A DNA stretch of 64,000 nt from Eledone cirrhosa. Lineage: Eukaryota. Positions 33,201-45,200 of the stretch are shown here, in pieces (position 1 is the stretch's first letter; the number at the start of each line of letters is the position of its first letter). The notes under the pieces were generated by a model. It did no database searches, was not told the origin of the DNA, and saw nothing but the letters and a program-made list of their open reading frames with translations. The position numbers and the translations under genes are program-made. Location: the NCBI GenBank assembly GCA_964016885.1, contig OZ024743.1, positions 277,202,001 through 277,266,000 of the forward strand, written 5' to 3'.

Positions 33201-36200
33201 TGGCGTTGTGGTGGTTGTGGTTGGCCTTATGGTTGTTGTGGTTGGCGTTGTGGTGGTTGTGGTTGGCGTTGTGGTGGTTGTGGTTGGCGTTGAGGTGGTT
33301 GTGGTTGGCGTTGTGGTTGTTGTGGTTGGCGTTGTGGTGGTTGTGGTTGGCCTTATGGTTGTTGTGGTTGGCGTTGTGGTGGTTGTGGTTGGCGTTGTGG
33401 TGGTTGTGGATGGCGTTGTGGTGGTTGTGGTTGGAGTTGTGGTGGTTGTGGTTGGCGTTGTGGTGGTTGTGGTTGGCGTTGTGGTGGTTGTGGTTGGCGT
33501 TGTGGTTGTTGTGGTTGGCGTTGTGGTGGTGGTTGACCTTATGGTTGTTGTGGTTGGCGTTGTGGTGGTTGTGGTTGGCGTTGTGGTGGTTGTGGTTGGC
33601 GTTGTGGTGGTTGTGGTTGGCGTTGTGGTGGTTGTGGGTGGCGTAGTGGTGGTTGTGGTTGGCGTTGTGGTAGTTGTGGTTGGCGTTGTGGTGGTTGTGG
33701 TTGGAGTTGTGGTGATTGTGGTTGGCGTTGTGGTGGTTGTGGTTGGCGTTGTGGTTGTTGTGGTTGCCATTGTGGTTGGCGTTGTGGTGGTTGTGGTTGG
33801 AGTTGTGGTGGTTGTGGTTGGCGTTGTGATGGTTGTGGTTGGCGTTGTGGTGGTTGTGGTTGCCGTTGTGGTTGGCGTTGTGGTGGTTGTGGTTGGAGTT
33901 GTAGTGGTTGTGGTTGGCGTTGTGGTGGTTGTGGTTGGCGTTGTGGTGGTTGTGGTTGGCGTTGTGGTGGTTGTGGTTAGAGTTGTGGTAGTTGTGGTTG
34001 GCGTTGTGGTGGTTGTGGTTGGAGTTGTGGCGGTTGTGGTTGCCGTTGTGGTTGGCGTTGTGGTGGTTGTGGTGGGAGTTGTGGTAGTTGTGGTTGGCGT
34101 TGTGTTGGTTGTGGTTGGAGTTGTGGTGGTTGTGGTTGGCGTTGTGGTGGTTGTGGTTGGAGTTGTGGTGGTTGTGGTTGGCATTGTGGTGGTTGTGGTT
34201 GGCGTTGTGGTGGTTGTGGTTGGCGTTGTGGTGGTTGTGGTTGGCGTTGTGGTGGTTGTGGTTGGAGTTGTGGTGGTTGTGGTTGGCGTTGTGGTGGTTG
34301 TGGTTGGAGTTGTGGTGGTTGTGGTTGGCGTTGTGGTGGCTGTGGTTGGCGTTGTGGTTGTTGTGTTTGGCGTTGTGGTGGTTGTGGTTGGCGTTGTGGT
34401 CGTTGTGGTTGCCGTTGTGGTTGGCGTTGTGGTGGTTGTGGTTGGATTTGTGGTGGTTGTAGTGGGCGTTGTGGTGGTTGTGGTTGGCGTTGTGGTTGTT
34501 GTGGTTGGCGTTGTGGTGGTTGTGGTTGCCGTTGTGGTTGGCGTTGTGGTGGTTGTGGTTGGAGTTGTGGTGGTTGTGGTTGGCGTTGTGGTGGTTGTGG
34601 TTGGCGTTGTGGTGATTGTGGTTGCCGTTGTGGTTGGCGTTGTGGTGGTTGTGGTTGGAGTTGTGGTGGTTGTGGTTGGCGTTGAGGTGGTTGTGGTTGG
34701 AGTTGTGGTGCTTGTGGTTGGCGTTGTGGTGGTTGTGTTTGGCGTTGTGGTGGTTGTGGTTGGCGTTGTGGTGGTTGTGGTTGGCGTTGTGGTGGTTGTG
34801 GTTGGCGTTATGGTTGTTGTGGTTGGCGTTGTGGTGGCTGTGGTTGGCGTTGTGGTTGTTGTGTTTGGCGTTGTGGTTGTTGTGGTTGGCGTTGTGGTTG
34901 TTGTGGTTGGCGTTGTGGTGGTTGTGGTTGGCGTTGAGGTGGTTGTGGTTGGCGTTGTGGTTGTTGTGGTTGGCGTTGTGGTGGTTGTGGTTGGCCTTAT
35001 GGTTGTTGTGGTTGGCGTTGTGGTGGTTGTGGTTGGCGTTGTGGTGGTTGTGGTTGGCGTTGTGGTGGTTGTGGTTGGAGTTGTGGTGCTTGTGGTTGGC
35101 GTTGTGGTGGTTGTGGTTGGCGTTGTGGTGGTTGTGGTTGGCGTTGTGGTTGTTGTGGTTGGCGTTGTGGTGGTTGTGGTTGGCGTTGTGGTGGTTGTGG
35201 TTGGCGTTGTGGTGGTTGTGGTTGGCGTTGTGGTGGTTGTGGGTGGCGTAGTGGTGGTTGTGGTTGGCGTTGTGGTGGTTGTGGTTGGCATTGTGGTGGT
35301 TGTGGTTAGAGTTGTGGTAGTTGTGGTTGGCGTTGTGTTGGTTGTGGTTGGAGTTGTGGCGGTTGTGGTTGCCGTTGTGGTTGGCGTTGTGGTGGTTGTG
35401 GTGGGAGTTGTGGTAGTTGTGGTTAGCGTTGTGGTGGTTGTGGTTGGAGTTGTGGTGGTTGTGGTTGGCGTTGTGGTTGTTGTGGTTGGAGTTGTGGTGG
35501 TTGTGGTTGGCATTGTGGTGGTTGTGGTTGGCGTTGAGGTGGTTGTGGTTGGCGTTGTGGTGGTTGTGGTTGGCGTTGTGGTGGTTGTGATTGGAGTTGT
35601 GGTGGTTGTGGTTGGCGTTGTGGTGGTTGTGGTTGGAGTTGTGGTGGTTGTGGTTGGCGTTGTGGTGGTTGTGGTTGGCGTTGTGGTTGTTGTTGTTGCG
35701 GTTGTGGTTGGCGTTGTGGTGGTTGTGGTTGGAGTTGTGGTGGTTGTGGTTGGTGTTGTGGTGGTTGTGGTTGGCGTTGTGGTTGTTGTGGTTGCCGTTG
35801 TGGTTGGCGTTGTGGTGGTTGTGGTTGGAGTTGTGGTGGTTGTAGTTGGCGTTGTGGTGGTTGTGGTTGGCGTTGTGGTTGTTGTGGTTGGCGTTGTGGT
35901 GGTTGTGGTTGCCGTTGTGGTTGGCGTTGTGGTGGTTGTGGTTGGAGTTGTGGTGGTTGTGTTTGGCGTTGTGGTGGTTGTGGTTGGCGTTGTGGTGGTT
36001 GTGGTTGGCGTTGTGGTGGTTGTGGTTGCCGTTGTGGTTGGCGTTGTGGTGGTTGTGGTTGGCGTTGTGGTGGTTGTGGTTGGCGTTGTGGTGGTTGTGG
36101 TTGGCGTTATGGTTGTTGTGGTTGGCGTTGTGGTGGCTGTGGTTGGCGTTGTGGTTGTTGTGGTTGGCGTTGTGGTTGTTGTGGTTGGCGTTGTGGTTGT

Positions 36201-39200
36201 TGTGGTTGGCGTTGTGGTGGTTGTGGTTGGCGTTGTGGTGGTTGTGGCTGGCGTTGTGTTGGTTGTGGTTGGCGTTGTGGTGTTTGTGGTTAGCCTTGTG
36301 GTGGTTGTGGTTGAAGTTGTGGTGGTTGTGGTTGGCGTTGTGGTTGTCGTGGTTGGCGTTGTGGTGGTTGTCGTTGGCGTTGTGGTGGTTGTGGTTGGCG
36401 TTGTGGTGGTTGTGGTTGGCGTTGTGGTGGTTGTGGTTGCCGTTGTGGTTGGCGTTGTGGTGGTCGTGGTTGGAGTTGTGGTGGTTGTGGTTGGCGTTGT
36501 GGTGGATGTGGTTGGAGTTGTGGGGGTTGTGGTTGGCGTTGTGGTAGTTGTGGTTGGCGTTGTGGTGGTTGTGGTTGGAGTTGTTGTGGTTGTGGTTGGC
36601 GTTGTGGTTGTTGTGGTTGGCGTTATGGTTGTTGTGGTTGGCGTTGTGGTGGTTGTGGTTGGCGTTGTGGCGGTTGTGGTTGGCGTTGTGGTTGTTGTGG
36701 TTGGCGTTGTGGTGGTTGTGGTTGGCGTTGTGGTGGTTGTGTTTGGCGTTGTGGTGGTTGTGGTTGCCGTTGTGGTTGGCGTTGTGGTGGTTGCGGTTGG
36801 CGTTGTGGTGGTTGTGGTTGGCGTTGTGGTGGTTGTGGTTGGCGTTGTGGTTGTTGTGGTTGGCGTTGTGGTGGTTGTGGTTGGCGTTGTGGTTGTTGTG
36901 GTTGGCGTTGTGGTGGTTGTGGTTGGCGTTGTGGTGGTTGTGGTTGCCGTTGTGGTTGGCGTTGTGGTGGTTGTGGTTGGCGTTGTGGTGGTGGTGGTTG
37001 GCCTTATGGTTGTTGTGGTTGGCGTTGTGGTTGTTGTGGTTGGCGTTGTGGTGGTTGTGGTTGGCGTTGTGGTTGTTGTGGCTGGCGTTGGGGTGGTTGT
37101 GGTTGGCGTTGTGGTTGTTGTGGTTGGCGTTGTAGTGGTTGTGTTTGGCATTGTGGTGGTTGTGGTTGCCGTTGTGGTTAGCGTTGTGGTTGTTGTGGTT
37201 GGCGTTGTGGTGGTGGTGGTTGGCCTTATGGTTGTTGTGGTTGGCGTTGTTGTTGGCGTTGTGGTGGTTGTGGTTGGAGTTGTGGTGGTTGTGGTTGGCG
37301 TTGTGGTGGTTGTGGTTGGCGTTGTGGTTGGCGTTGTGGTGGTTGTGGTTGGCGTTGTGGTGGTTGTGGTTGGCGTTGTGGTTGGCGTAGTGGTGGTTGT
37401 GGTTGGCGTTGTGGTGGTTGTGGTTGCCGTTGTGGTTGGCGTTGTGGTGGTTGTGGTTGGCGTTGTGGTGGTGGTGGTTGGCCTTATGGTTGTTGTGGTT
37501 GGCGTTGTGGTTGTTGTGGTTGGCGTTGTGGTGGTTGTGGTTGGCGTTGTGGTTGTTGTGGCTGGCGTTGGGGTGGTTGTGGTTGGCGTTGTGGTTGTTG
37601 TGGTTGGCGTTGTAGTGGTTGTGATTGGCATTGTGGTAGTTGTGGTTGCCGTTGTGGTTAGCGTTGTGGTGGTTGTGGTTGGCGTTGTGGTGGTGGTGGT
37701 TGGCCTTATGGTTGTTGTGGTTGGCGTTGTTGTTGGCGTTGTGGTGGTTGTGGTTGGAGTTGTGGTGGTTGTGGTTGGCGTTGTGGTGGTTGTGGTTGGC
37801 GTTGTGGTTGGCGTTGTGGTGGTTGTGGTTGGCGTTGTGGTGGTTGTGGTTGGCGTTGTGGTTGGCGTAGTGGTGGTTGTGGTTGGCGATGTGGTGCTTG
37901 TAGTTGGAGTTGTGGTGGTTGTGGTTGGCGATGTGGTGGTTGTGGTTGGCGTTGTGGTTGGCGTTGTGGTGGTTGTGGTTGGCGTTGTGGTGGTTGTGGT
38001 TGGCGTTGTGGTTGGCGTAGTGGTGGTTGTGGTTGGCGATGTGGTGCTTGTGGTTGGAGTTGTGGTGGTTGTGGTTGGCGTTGTGGTGGTTGTGGTTGGC
38101 GATGTGGTGGTTGTGGTTGGCGTTGTGGTTGGCCTTGTGGTGGTTGTGGTTGGCGTGGTGGTGGTTGTGGTTGGCGTTGTGGTGGTTGTGGTTGGCGTTG
38201 TCGTGGTTCTGGTTGGCGTTGTCGTGGTTGTGGTTGGCGTTGTGGTGGTTGTGGTTGGCGTTGTGGTTGGCGTTGTGGTGGTGGTGGTTGGCGTTGTGGT
38301 GGTTGTGGTTGGAGTTGTGGTTGTTGTTGTTGGCGTTGTGGTGGCTGTGGTTGGCGTTGTGGTGGTTGTGGTTGGCGTTGTGGTGGTTGTGGTTGGAGTT
38401 GTGGTGGTTGTGGTTGGCGTTGTGGTGGTTGTGGTTGGCGTGGTGGTGGTTGTGTTTGGAGTTGTGGTGGTTGTGATTGGCGTTGTGGTGGTTGTGTTTG
38501 GCGTTGTGGTGGTTGTGGGTGACGTTGTGGTTGTTGTGGTTGGCGTTGTGGTGGTTGTGGTTGGCCTTATGGTTGTTGTGGTTGGCGTTGAGGTGGTTGT
38601 GGTTGGCGTTGTGGTGGTTGTGGTTGGCGTTGAGGTGGTTGTGGTTGGCGTTGTGGTTGTTGTGGTTGGCGTTGTGGTGGTTGTGGTTGGCCTTATGGTT
38701 GTTGTGGTTGGCGTTGTGGTGGTTGTGGTTGGCGTTGTGGTGGTTGTGGATGGCGTTGTGGTGGTTGTGGTTGGAGTTGTGGTGGTTGTGGTTGGCGTTG
38801 TGGTGGTTGTGGTTGGCGTTGTGGTGGTTGTGGTTGGCGTTGTGGTTGTTGTGGTTGGCGTTGTGGTGGTGGTGGTTGACCTTATGGTTGTTGTGGTTGG
38901 CGTTGTGGTGGTTGTGGTTGGCGTTGTGGTGGTTGTGGTTGGCGTTGTGGTGGTTGTGGTTGGCGTTGTGGTGGTTGTGGGTGGCGTAGTGGTGGTTGTG
39001 GTTGGCGTTGTGGTAGTTGTGGTTGGCGTTGTGGTGGTTGTGGTTGGAGTTGTGGTGATTGTGGTTGGCGTTGTGGTGGTTGTGGTTGGCGTTGTGGTTG
39101 TTGTGGTTGCCATTGTGGTTGGCGTTGTGGTGGTTGTGGTTGGAGTTGTGGTGGTTGTGGTTGGCGTTGTGATGGTTGTGGTTGGCGTTGTGGTGGTTGT

Positions 39201-42200
39201 GGTTGCCGTTGTGGTTGGCGTTGTGGTGGTTGTGGTTGGAGTTGTAGTGGTTGTGGTTGGCGTTGTGGTGGTTGTGGTTGGCGTTGTGGTGGTTGTGGTT
39301 GGCGTTGTGGTGGTTGTGGTTAGAGTTGTGGTAGTTGTGGTTGGCGTTGTGGTGGTTGTGGTTGGAGTTGTGGCGGTTGTGGTTGCCGTTGTGGTTGGCG
39401 TTGTGGTGGTTGTGGTGGGAGTTGTGGTAGTTGTGGTTGGCGTTGTGTTGGTTGTGGTTGGAGTTTTGGTGGTTGTGGTTGGCGTTGTGGTGGTTGTGGT
39501 TGGAGTTGTGGTGGTTGTGGTTGGCATTGTGGTGGTTGTGGTTGGCGTTGTGGTGGTTGTGGTTGGCGTTGTGGTGGTTGTGGTTGGCGTTGTGGTGGTT
39601 GTGGTTGGAGTTGTGGTGGTTGTGGTTGGCGTTGTGGTGGTTGTGGTTGGAGTTGTGGTGGTTGTGGTTGGCGTTGTGGTGGCTGTGGTTGGCGTTGTGG
39701 TTGTTGTGTTTGGCGTTGTGGTGGTTGTGGTTGGCGTTGTGGTCGTTGTGGTTGCCGTTGTGGTTGGCGTTGTGGTGGTTGTGGTTGGATTTGTGGTGGT
39801 TGTAGTGGGCGTTGTGGTGGTTGTGGTTGGCGTTGTGGTTGTTGTGGTTGGCGTTGTGGTGGTTGTGGTTGCCGTTGTGGTTGGCGTTGTGGTGGTTGTG
39901 GTTGGAGTTGTGGTGGTTGTGGTTGGCGTTGTGGTGGTTGTGGTTGGCGTTGTGGTGATTGTGGTTGCCGTTGTGGTTGGCGTTGTGGTGGTTGTGGTTG
40001 GAGTTGTGGTGGTTGTGGTTGGCGTTGAGGTGGTTGTGGTTGGAGTTGTGGTGCTTGTGGTTGGCGTTGTGGTGGTTGTGTTTGGCGTTGTGGTGGTTGT
40101 GGTTGGCGTTGTGGTGGTTGTGGTTGGCGTTGTGGTGGTTGTGGTTGGCGTTATGGTTGTTGTGGTTGGCGTTGTGGTGGCTGTGGTTGGCGTTGTGGTT
40201 GTTGTGTTTGGCGTTGTGGTTGTTGTGGTTGGCGTTGTGGTTGTTGTGGTTGGCGTTGTGGTGGTTGTGGTTGGCCTTATGGTTGTTGTGGTTGGCGTTG
40301 TGGTGGTTGTGGTTGGCGTTGTGGTGGTTGTGGTTGGCGTTGTGGTGGTTGTGGTTGGAGTTGTGGTGCTTGTGGTTGGCGTTGTGGTGGTTGTGGTTGG
40401 CGTTGTGGTGGTTGTGGTTGGCGTTGTGGTTGTTGTGGTTGGCGTTGTGGTGGTTGTGGTTGGCGTTGTGGTGGTTGTGGTTGGCGTTGTGGTGGTTGTG
40501 GTTGGCGTTGTGGTGGTTGTGGGTGGCGTAGTGGTGGTTGTGGTTGGCGTTGTGGTGGTTGTGGTTGGCGTTGTGGTGGTTGTGGTTAGAGTTGTGGTAG
40601 TTGTGGTTGGCGTTGTGTTGGTTGTGGTTGGAGTTGTGGCGGTTGTGGTTGCCGTTGTGGTTGGCGTTGTGGTGGTTGTGGTGGGAGTTGTGGTAGTTGT
40701 GGTTGGCGTTGTGGTGGTTGTGGTTGGAGTTGTGGTGGTTGTGGTTGGCGTTGTGGTTGTTGTGGTTGGAGTTGTGGTGGTTGTGGTTGGCATTGTGGTG
40801 GTTGTGGTTGGCGTTGAGGTGGTTGTGGTTGGCGTTGTGGTGGTTGTGGTTGGCGTTGTGGTGGTTGTGGTTGGAGTTGTGGTGGTTGTGGTTGGCGTTG
40901 TGGTGGTTGTGGTTGGAGTTGTGGTGGTTGTGGTTGGCGTTGTGGTGGTTGTGGTTGGCGTTGTGGTTGTTGTTGTTGCGGTTGTGGTTGGCGTTGTGGT
41001 GGTTGTGGTTGGAGTTGTGGTGGTTGTGGTTGGTGTTGTGGTGGTTGTGGTTGGCGTTGTGGTTGTTGTGGTTGCCGTTGTGGTTGGCGGTGTGGTGGTT
41101 GTGGTTGGAGTTGTGGTGGTTGTAGTTGGCGTTGTGGTGGTTGTGGTTGGCGTTGTGGTTGTTGTGGTTGGCGTTGTGGTGGTTGTGGTTGGAGTTGTGG
41201 TGGTTGTGTTTGGCGTTGTGGTGGTTGTGGTTGGCGTTGTGGTGGTTGTGGTTGGCGTTGTGGTGGTTGTGGTTGCCGTTGTGGTTGGCGTTGTGGTGGT
41301 TGTGGTTGGCGTTGTGGTGGTTGTGGTTGGCGTTGTGGTGGTTGTGGTTGGCGTTATGGTTGTTGTGGTTGGCGTTGTGGTGGCTGTGGTTGGCGTTGTG
41401 GTTGTTGTGGTTGGCGTTGTGGTTGTTGTGGTTGGCGTTGTGGTTGTTGTGGTTGGCGTTGTGGTGGTTGTGGTTGGCGTTGTGGTGGTTGTGGCTGGCG
41501 TTGTGTTGGTTGTGGTTGGCGTTGTGGTGTTTGTGGTTAGCCTTGTGGTGGTTGTGGTTGAAGTTGTGGTGGTTGTGGTTGGCGTTGTGGTTGTCGTGGT
41601 TGGCGTTGTGGTGGTTGTCGTTGGCGTTGTGGTGGTTGTGGTTGGCGTTGTGGTGGTTGTGGTTGGCGTTGTGGTGGTTGTGGTTGCCGTTGTGGTTGGC
41701 GTTGTGTTGGTTGTGGTTGGCGTTGTGGTGTTTGTGGTTAGCCTTGTGGTGGTTGTGGTTGAAGTTGTGGTGGTTGTGGTTGGCGTTGTGGTTGTCGTGG
41801 TTGGAGTTGTGGTGGTTGTGGTTGGCGTTGTGGTGGATGTGGTTGGAGTTGTGGGGGTTGTGGTTGGCGTTGTGGTAGTTGTGGTTGGCGTTGTGGTGGT
41901 TGTGGTTGGAGTTGTTGTGGTTGTGGTTGGCGTTGTGGTTGTTGTGGTTGGCGTTATGGTTGTTGTGGTTGGCGTTGTGGTGGTTGTGGTTGGCGTTGTG
42001 GTGGTTGTGGTTGGCGTTGTGGTTGTTGTGGTTGGCGTTGTGGTGGTTGTGGTTGGAGTTGTGGTGGTTGTGGTTGGAGTTGTGGTGGTTGGCGTTGTGG
42101 TTGTTGTGGTTGATTTTGTGGTGGTTATGGATGGCGTTGTGGTTGTTGTGGTTGGCGTTGTGGTGGTTGTGGTTGGCGTTGTGGTGGTTGTGGTTGGCGT

Positions 42201-45200
42201 TGTGGTTGTTGTGGTTGGCGTTGTGGTGGTTGTGGTTGGAGTTGTGGTGGTTGTGGTTGGCGTTGTGGTTGTTGTGGTTGGCGTTGTGGTGGTTGTGGTT
42301 GGCGTTGTGGTTATTATGGATGGCGTTGTGGTTGTTGTGGTTGGCGTTGTGGTGGTTGTGGTTGGCGTTGTGGTGGTTGTGGTTGGCGTTGTGGTTGTTG
42401 TTGTTGCCGTTGTGGTTGGCGTTGTGGTGGTTGTGGTTGGAGTTGTGGTGGTTGTGGTTGGCGTTGTGGTGGTTGTGGTTGGCGTTGTGGTCGTTGTGGT
42501 TGCCGTTGTGGTTGGCGTTGTGGTGGTTGTGGTTGGAGTTGTGGTGGTTGTAGTTGGCGTTGTGGTGGTTGTGGTTGGCGTTGTGGTTGTTGTGGTTGGC
42601 GTTGTGGTGGTTGTGGTTGCCGTTGTGGTTGGCGTTGTGGTGGTTGTGGTTGGAGTTGTGGTGGTTGTGGTTGGCGTTGTGGTGTTTGTGGTTGGCGTTG
42701 TGGTGGTTGTGGTTGCCGTTGTGGTTGGCGTTTTGGTGGTTGTGGTTGGAGTTGTGGTGGTTGTGGTTGGCGTTGAGGTGGTTGTGGTTGGAGTTGTGGT
42801 GCTTGTGGTTGGCGTTGTGGTGGTTGTGGTTGGCGTTGTGGTGGTTGTGGTTGGCGTTGTGGTGGTTGTGGTTGGCGTTGTGGTGGTTGTGGTTGGCGTT
42901 ATGGTTGTTGTGGTTGTCGTTGTGGTGGCTGTGGTTGGCGTTGTGGTTGTTGTGTTTGGCGTTGTGGTTGTTGTGGTTGGCGTTGTGGTTGTTGTGGTTG
43001 GCGTTGTGGTGGTTGTGGTTGACGTTGAGGTGGTTGTGGTTGGCGTTGTGGTTGTTGTGGTTGGCGTTGTGGTGGTTGTGGTTGGCCTTATGGTTGTTGT
43101 AGTTGGCGTTGTGGTGGTTGTGGTTGGCGTTGTGGTCGTTGTGGTTGGCGTTGTGGTGGTTGTGGTTGGAGTTGTGGTGGTTGTGGTTGGCGTTGTGCTG
43201 GTTGTGGTTGGCGTTGTGGTGGTTGTGGTTGGCGTTGTGGTTGTTGTGGTTGGCGTTGTGGTGGTGGTGGTTGATCTTATGGTTGTTGTGGTTGGCGTTG
43301 TGGTGGTTGTGGTTGGCGTTGTGCTCGTTGTGGTTGGCGTTGTGGTGGTTGTGGGTGGCGTAGTGGTGGTTGTGGTTGGCGTTGTGGTGGTTGTGGTTGG
43401 CGTTGTGGTGGTTGTGGTTGGAGTTGTGGTGGTTGTGGTTGGCGTTATGATGGTTGTGGTTGGCGTTGTGGTGGTTGTGGTTGGAGTTGTAGTGGTTGTG
43501 GTTGGCGTTGTGGTGGTTGTGGTTGGCGTTGTGGTGGTTGTGGTTGGCGTTGTGGTGGTTGTGGTTGGCGTTGTGGTGGTTGTGGTTAGAGTTGTTGTAG
43601 TTGTGGTTGGCGTTGTGGTGGTTGTGGTTGGAGTTGTGGCGGTTGTGGTTGCCGTTGTGGTTGGCGTTGTGGTGGTTGATGTGGGAGTTGTGGTAGTTGT
43701 GGTTGGCGTTGTGGTGGTTGTGGTTGGAGTTGTGGTGGTTGTGGTTGGCGTTGTGGTGGTTGTGGTTGGAGTTGTGGTGGTTGTGGTTGGCATTGTGGTG
43801 GTTGTGGTTGGCGTTGTGGTGGTTGTGGTTGGCGTTGTGGTGGTTCTGGTTGGCGTTGTGGTGGTTGTGGTTGGAGTTGTGGTGGTTGTGGTTGGCGTTG
43901 TGGTGGTTGTGGTTGGAGTTGTGGTGGTTGTGGTTGGCGTTGTGGTGGTTGTGTTTGGCGTTGTGGTTGTTGTTGTCGCCGTTGTGGTTGGCGTTGTGGT
44001 GGTTGTGGTTGGAGTTGTGGTGGTTGTGGTTGGCGTTGTGGTGGTTGTGGTTGGCGTTGTGGTCGTTGTGGTTGCCGTTGTGGTTGGCGTTGTGGTGGTT
44101 GTGATTGGAGTTGTGGTGGTTGTAGTTGGCGTTGTGGTGGTTGTGGTTGGCGTTGTGGTTGTTGTGGTTGGCGTTGTGGTGGTTGTGGTTGCCGTTGTGG
44201 TTGGCGTTGTGGTGGTTGTGGTTGAAGTTGTGGTGGTTGTGTTTGGCGTTGTGGTGGTTGTGTTTGGCGTTGTGGTGGTTGTGGTTGGCGTTGTGGTGGT
44301 TGTGGTTGCCGTTGTGGTTGGCGTTGTGGTGGTTGTGGTTGGAGTTGTGGTGGTTGTGGTTGGCGTTGAGGTGGTTGTGGTTGGAGTTGTGGTGCTTGTG
44401 GTTGGCGTTGTGGTGGTTGTGGTTGGAGTTGTGGTGGTTGTGGTTGGCGTTGAGGTGGTTGTGGTTGGAGTTGTGGTGCTTGTGGTTGGCGTTGTGGTGG
44501 TTGTGGTTGGCGTTGTGGTGGTTGTGGTTGGCGTTGTGGTGGTTGTGGTTGGCGTTGTGGTGGCTGCGGTTGGCGTTGTGGTTGTTGTGTTTGGCGTTGT
44601 GGTTGTTGTGGTTGTTGTGGTTGGCGTTGTGGTGGTTGTGGTTGGCGTTGTGGTGGTTGTGGCTGGCGTTGTGTTGGTTGTGGTTGGCGTTGTGGTGGTT
44701 GTGGTTGGCCTTGTGGTGGTTGTGGTTGAAGTTGTGGTGGTTGTGGTTGGCGTTGTGGTTGTTGTGGTTGGCGTTGTGGTGGTTGTCGTTGGCGTTGTGG
44801 TGGTTGTGGTTGGCGTTGTGGTGGTTGTGGTTGGCGTTGTGGTGGTTGTGCTTGCCGTTGTGGTTGGCGTTGTGGTGGTTGTGGTTGGTGTTGTGGTGGT
44901 TGTGGTTGGCGTTGTGGTGGATGTGGTTGGAGTTGTGGGGGTTGTGGTTGGCGTTGTGGGGGTTGTGGTTGGCGTTGTGGTGGTTGTGGTTGCAGTTGTT
45001 GTGGTTGTGGTTGGCGTTGTGGTTGTTGTGGTTGGCGTTATGGTTGTTGTGGTTGGCGTTCTGGTGGTTGTGGTTGGCGTTGTGGTGGTTGTGGTTGGCG
45101 TTGTGGTTGTTGTGGTTGGCGTTGTGGTTGTTGTGGTTGGCGTTGTGGTGGTTGTGGTTGGAGTTGTGGTGGTTGGCGTTGTGGTTGTTGTGGTTGATTT

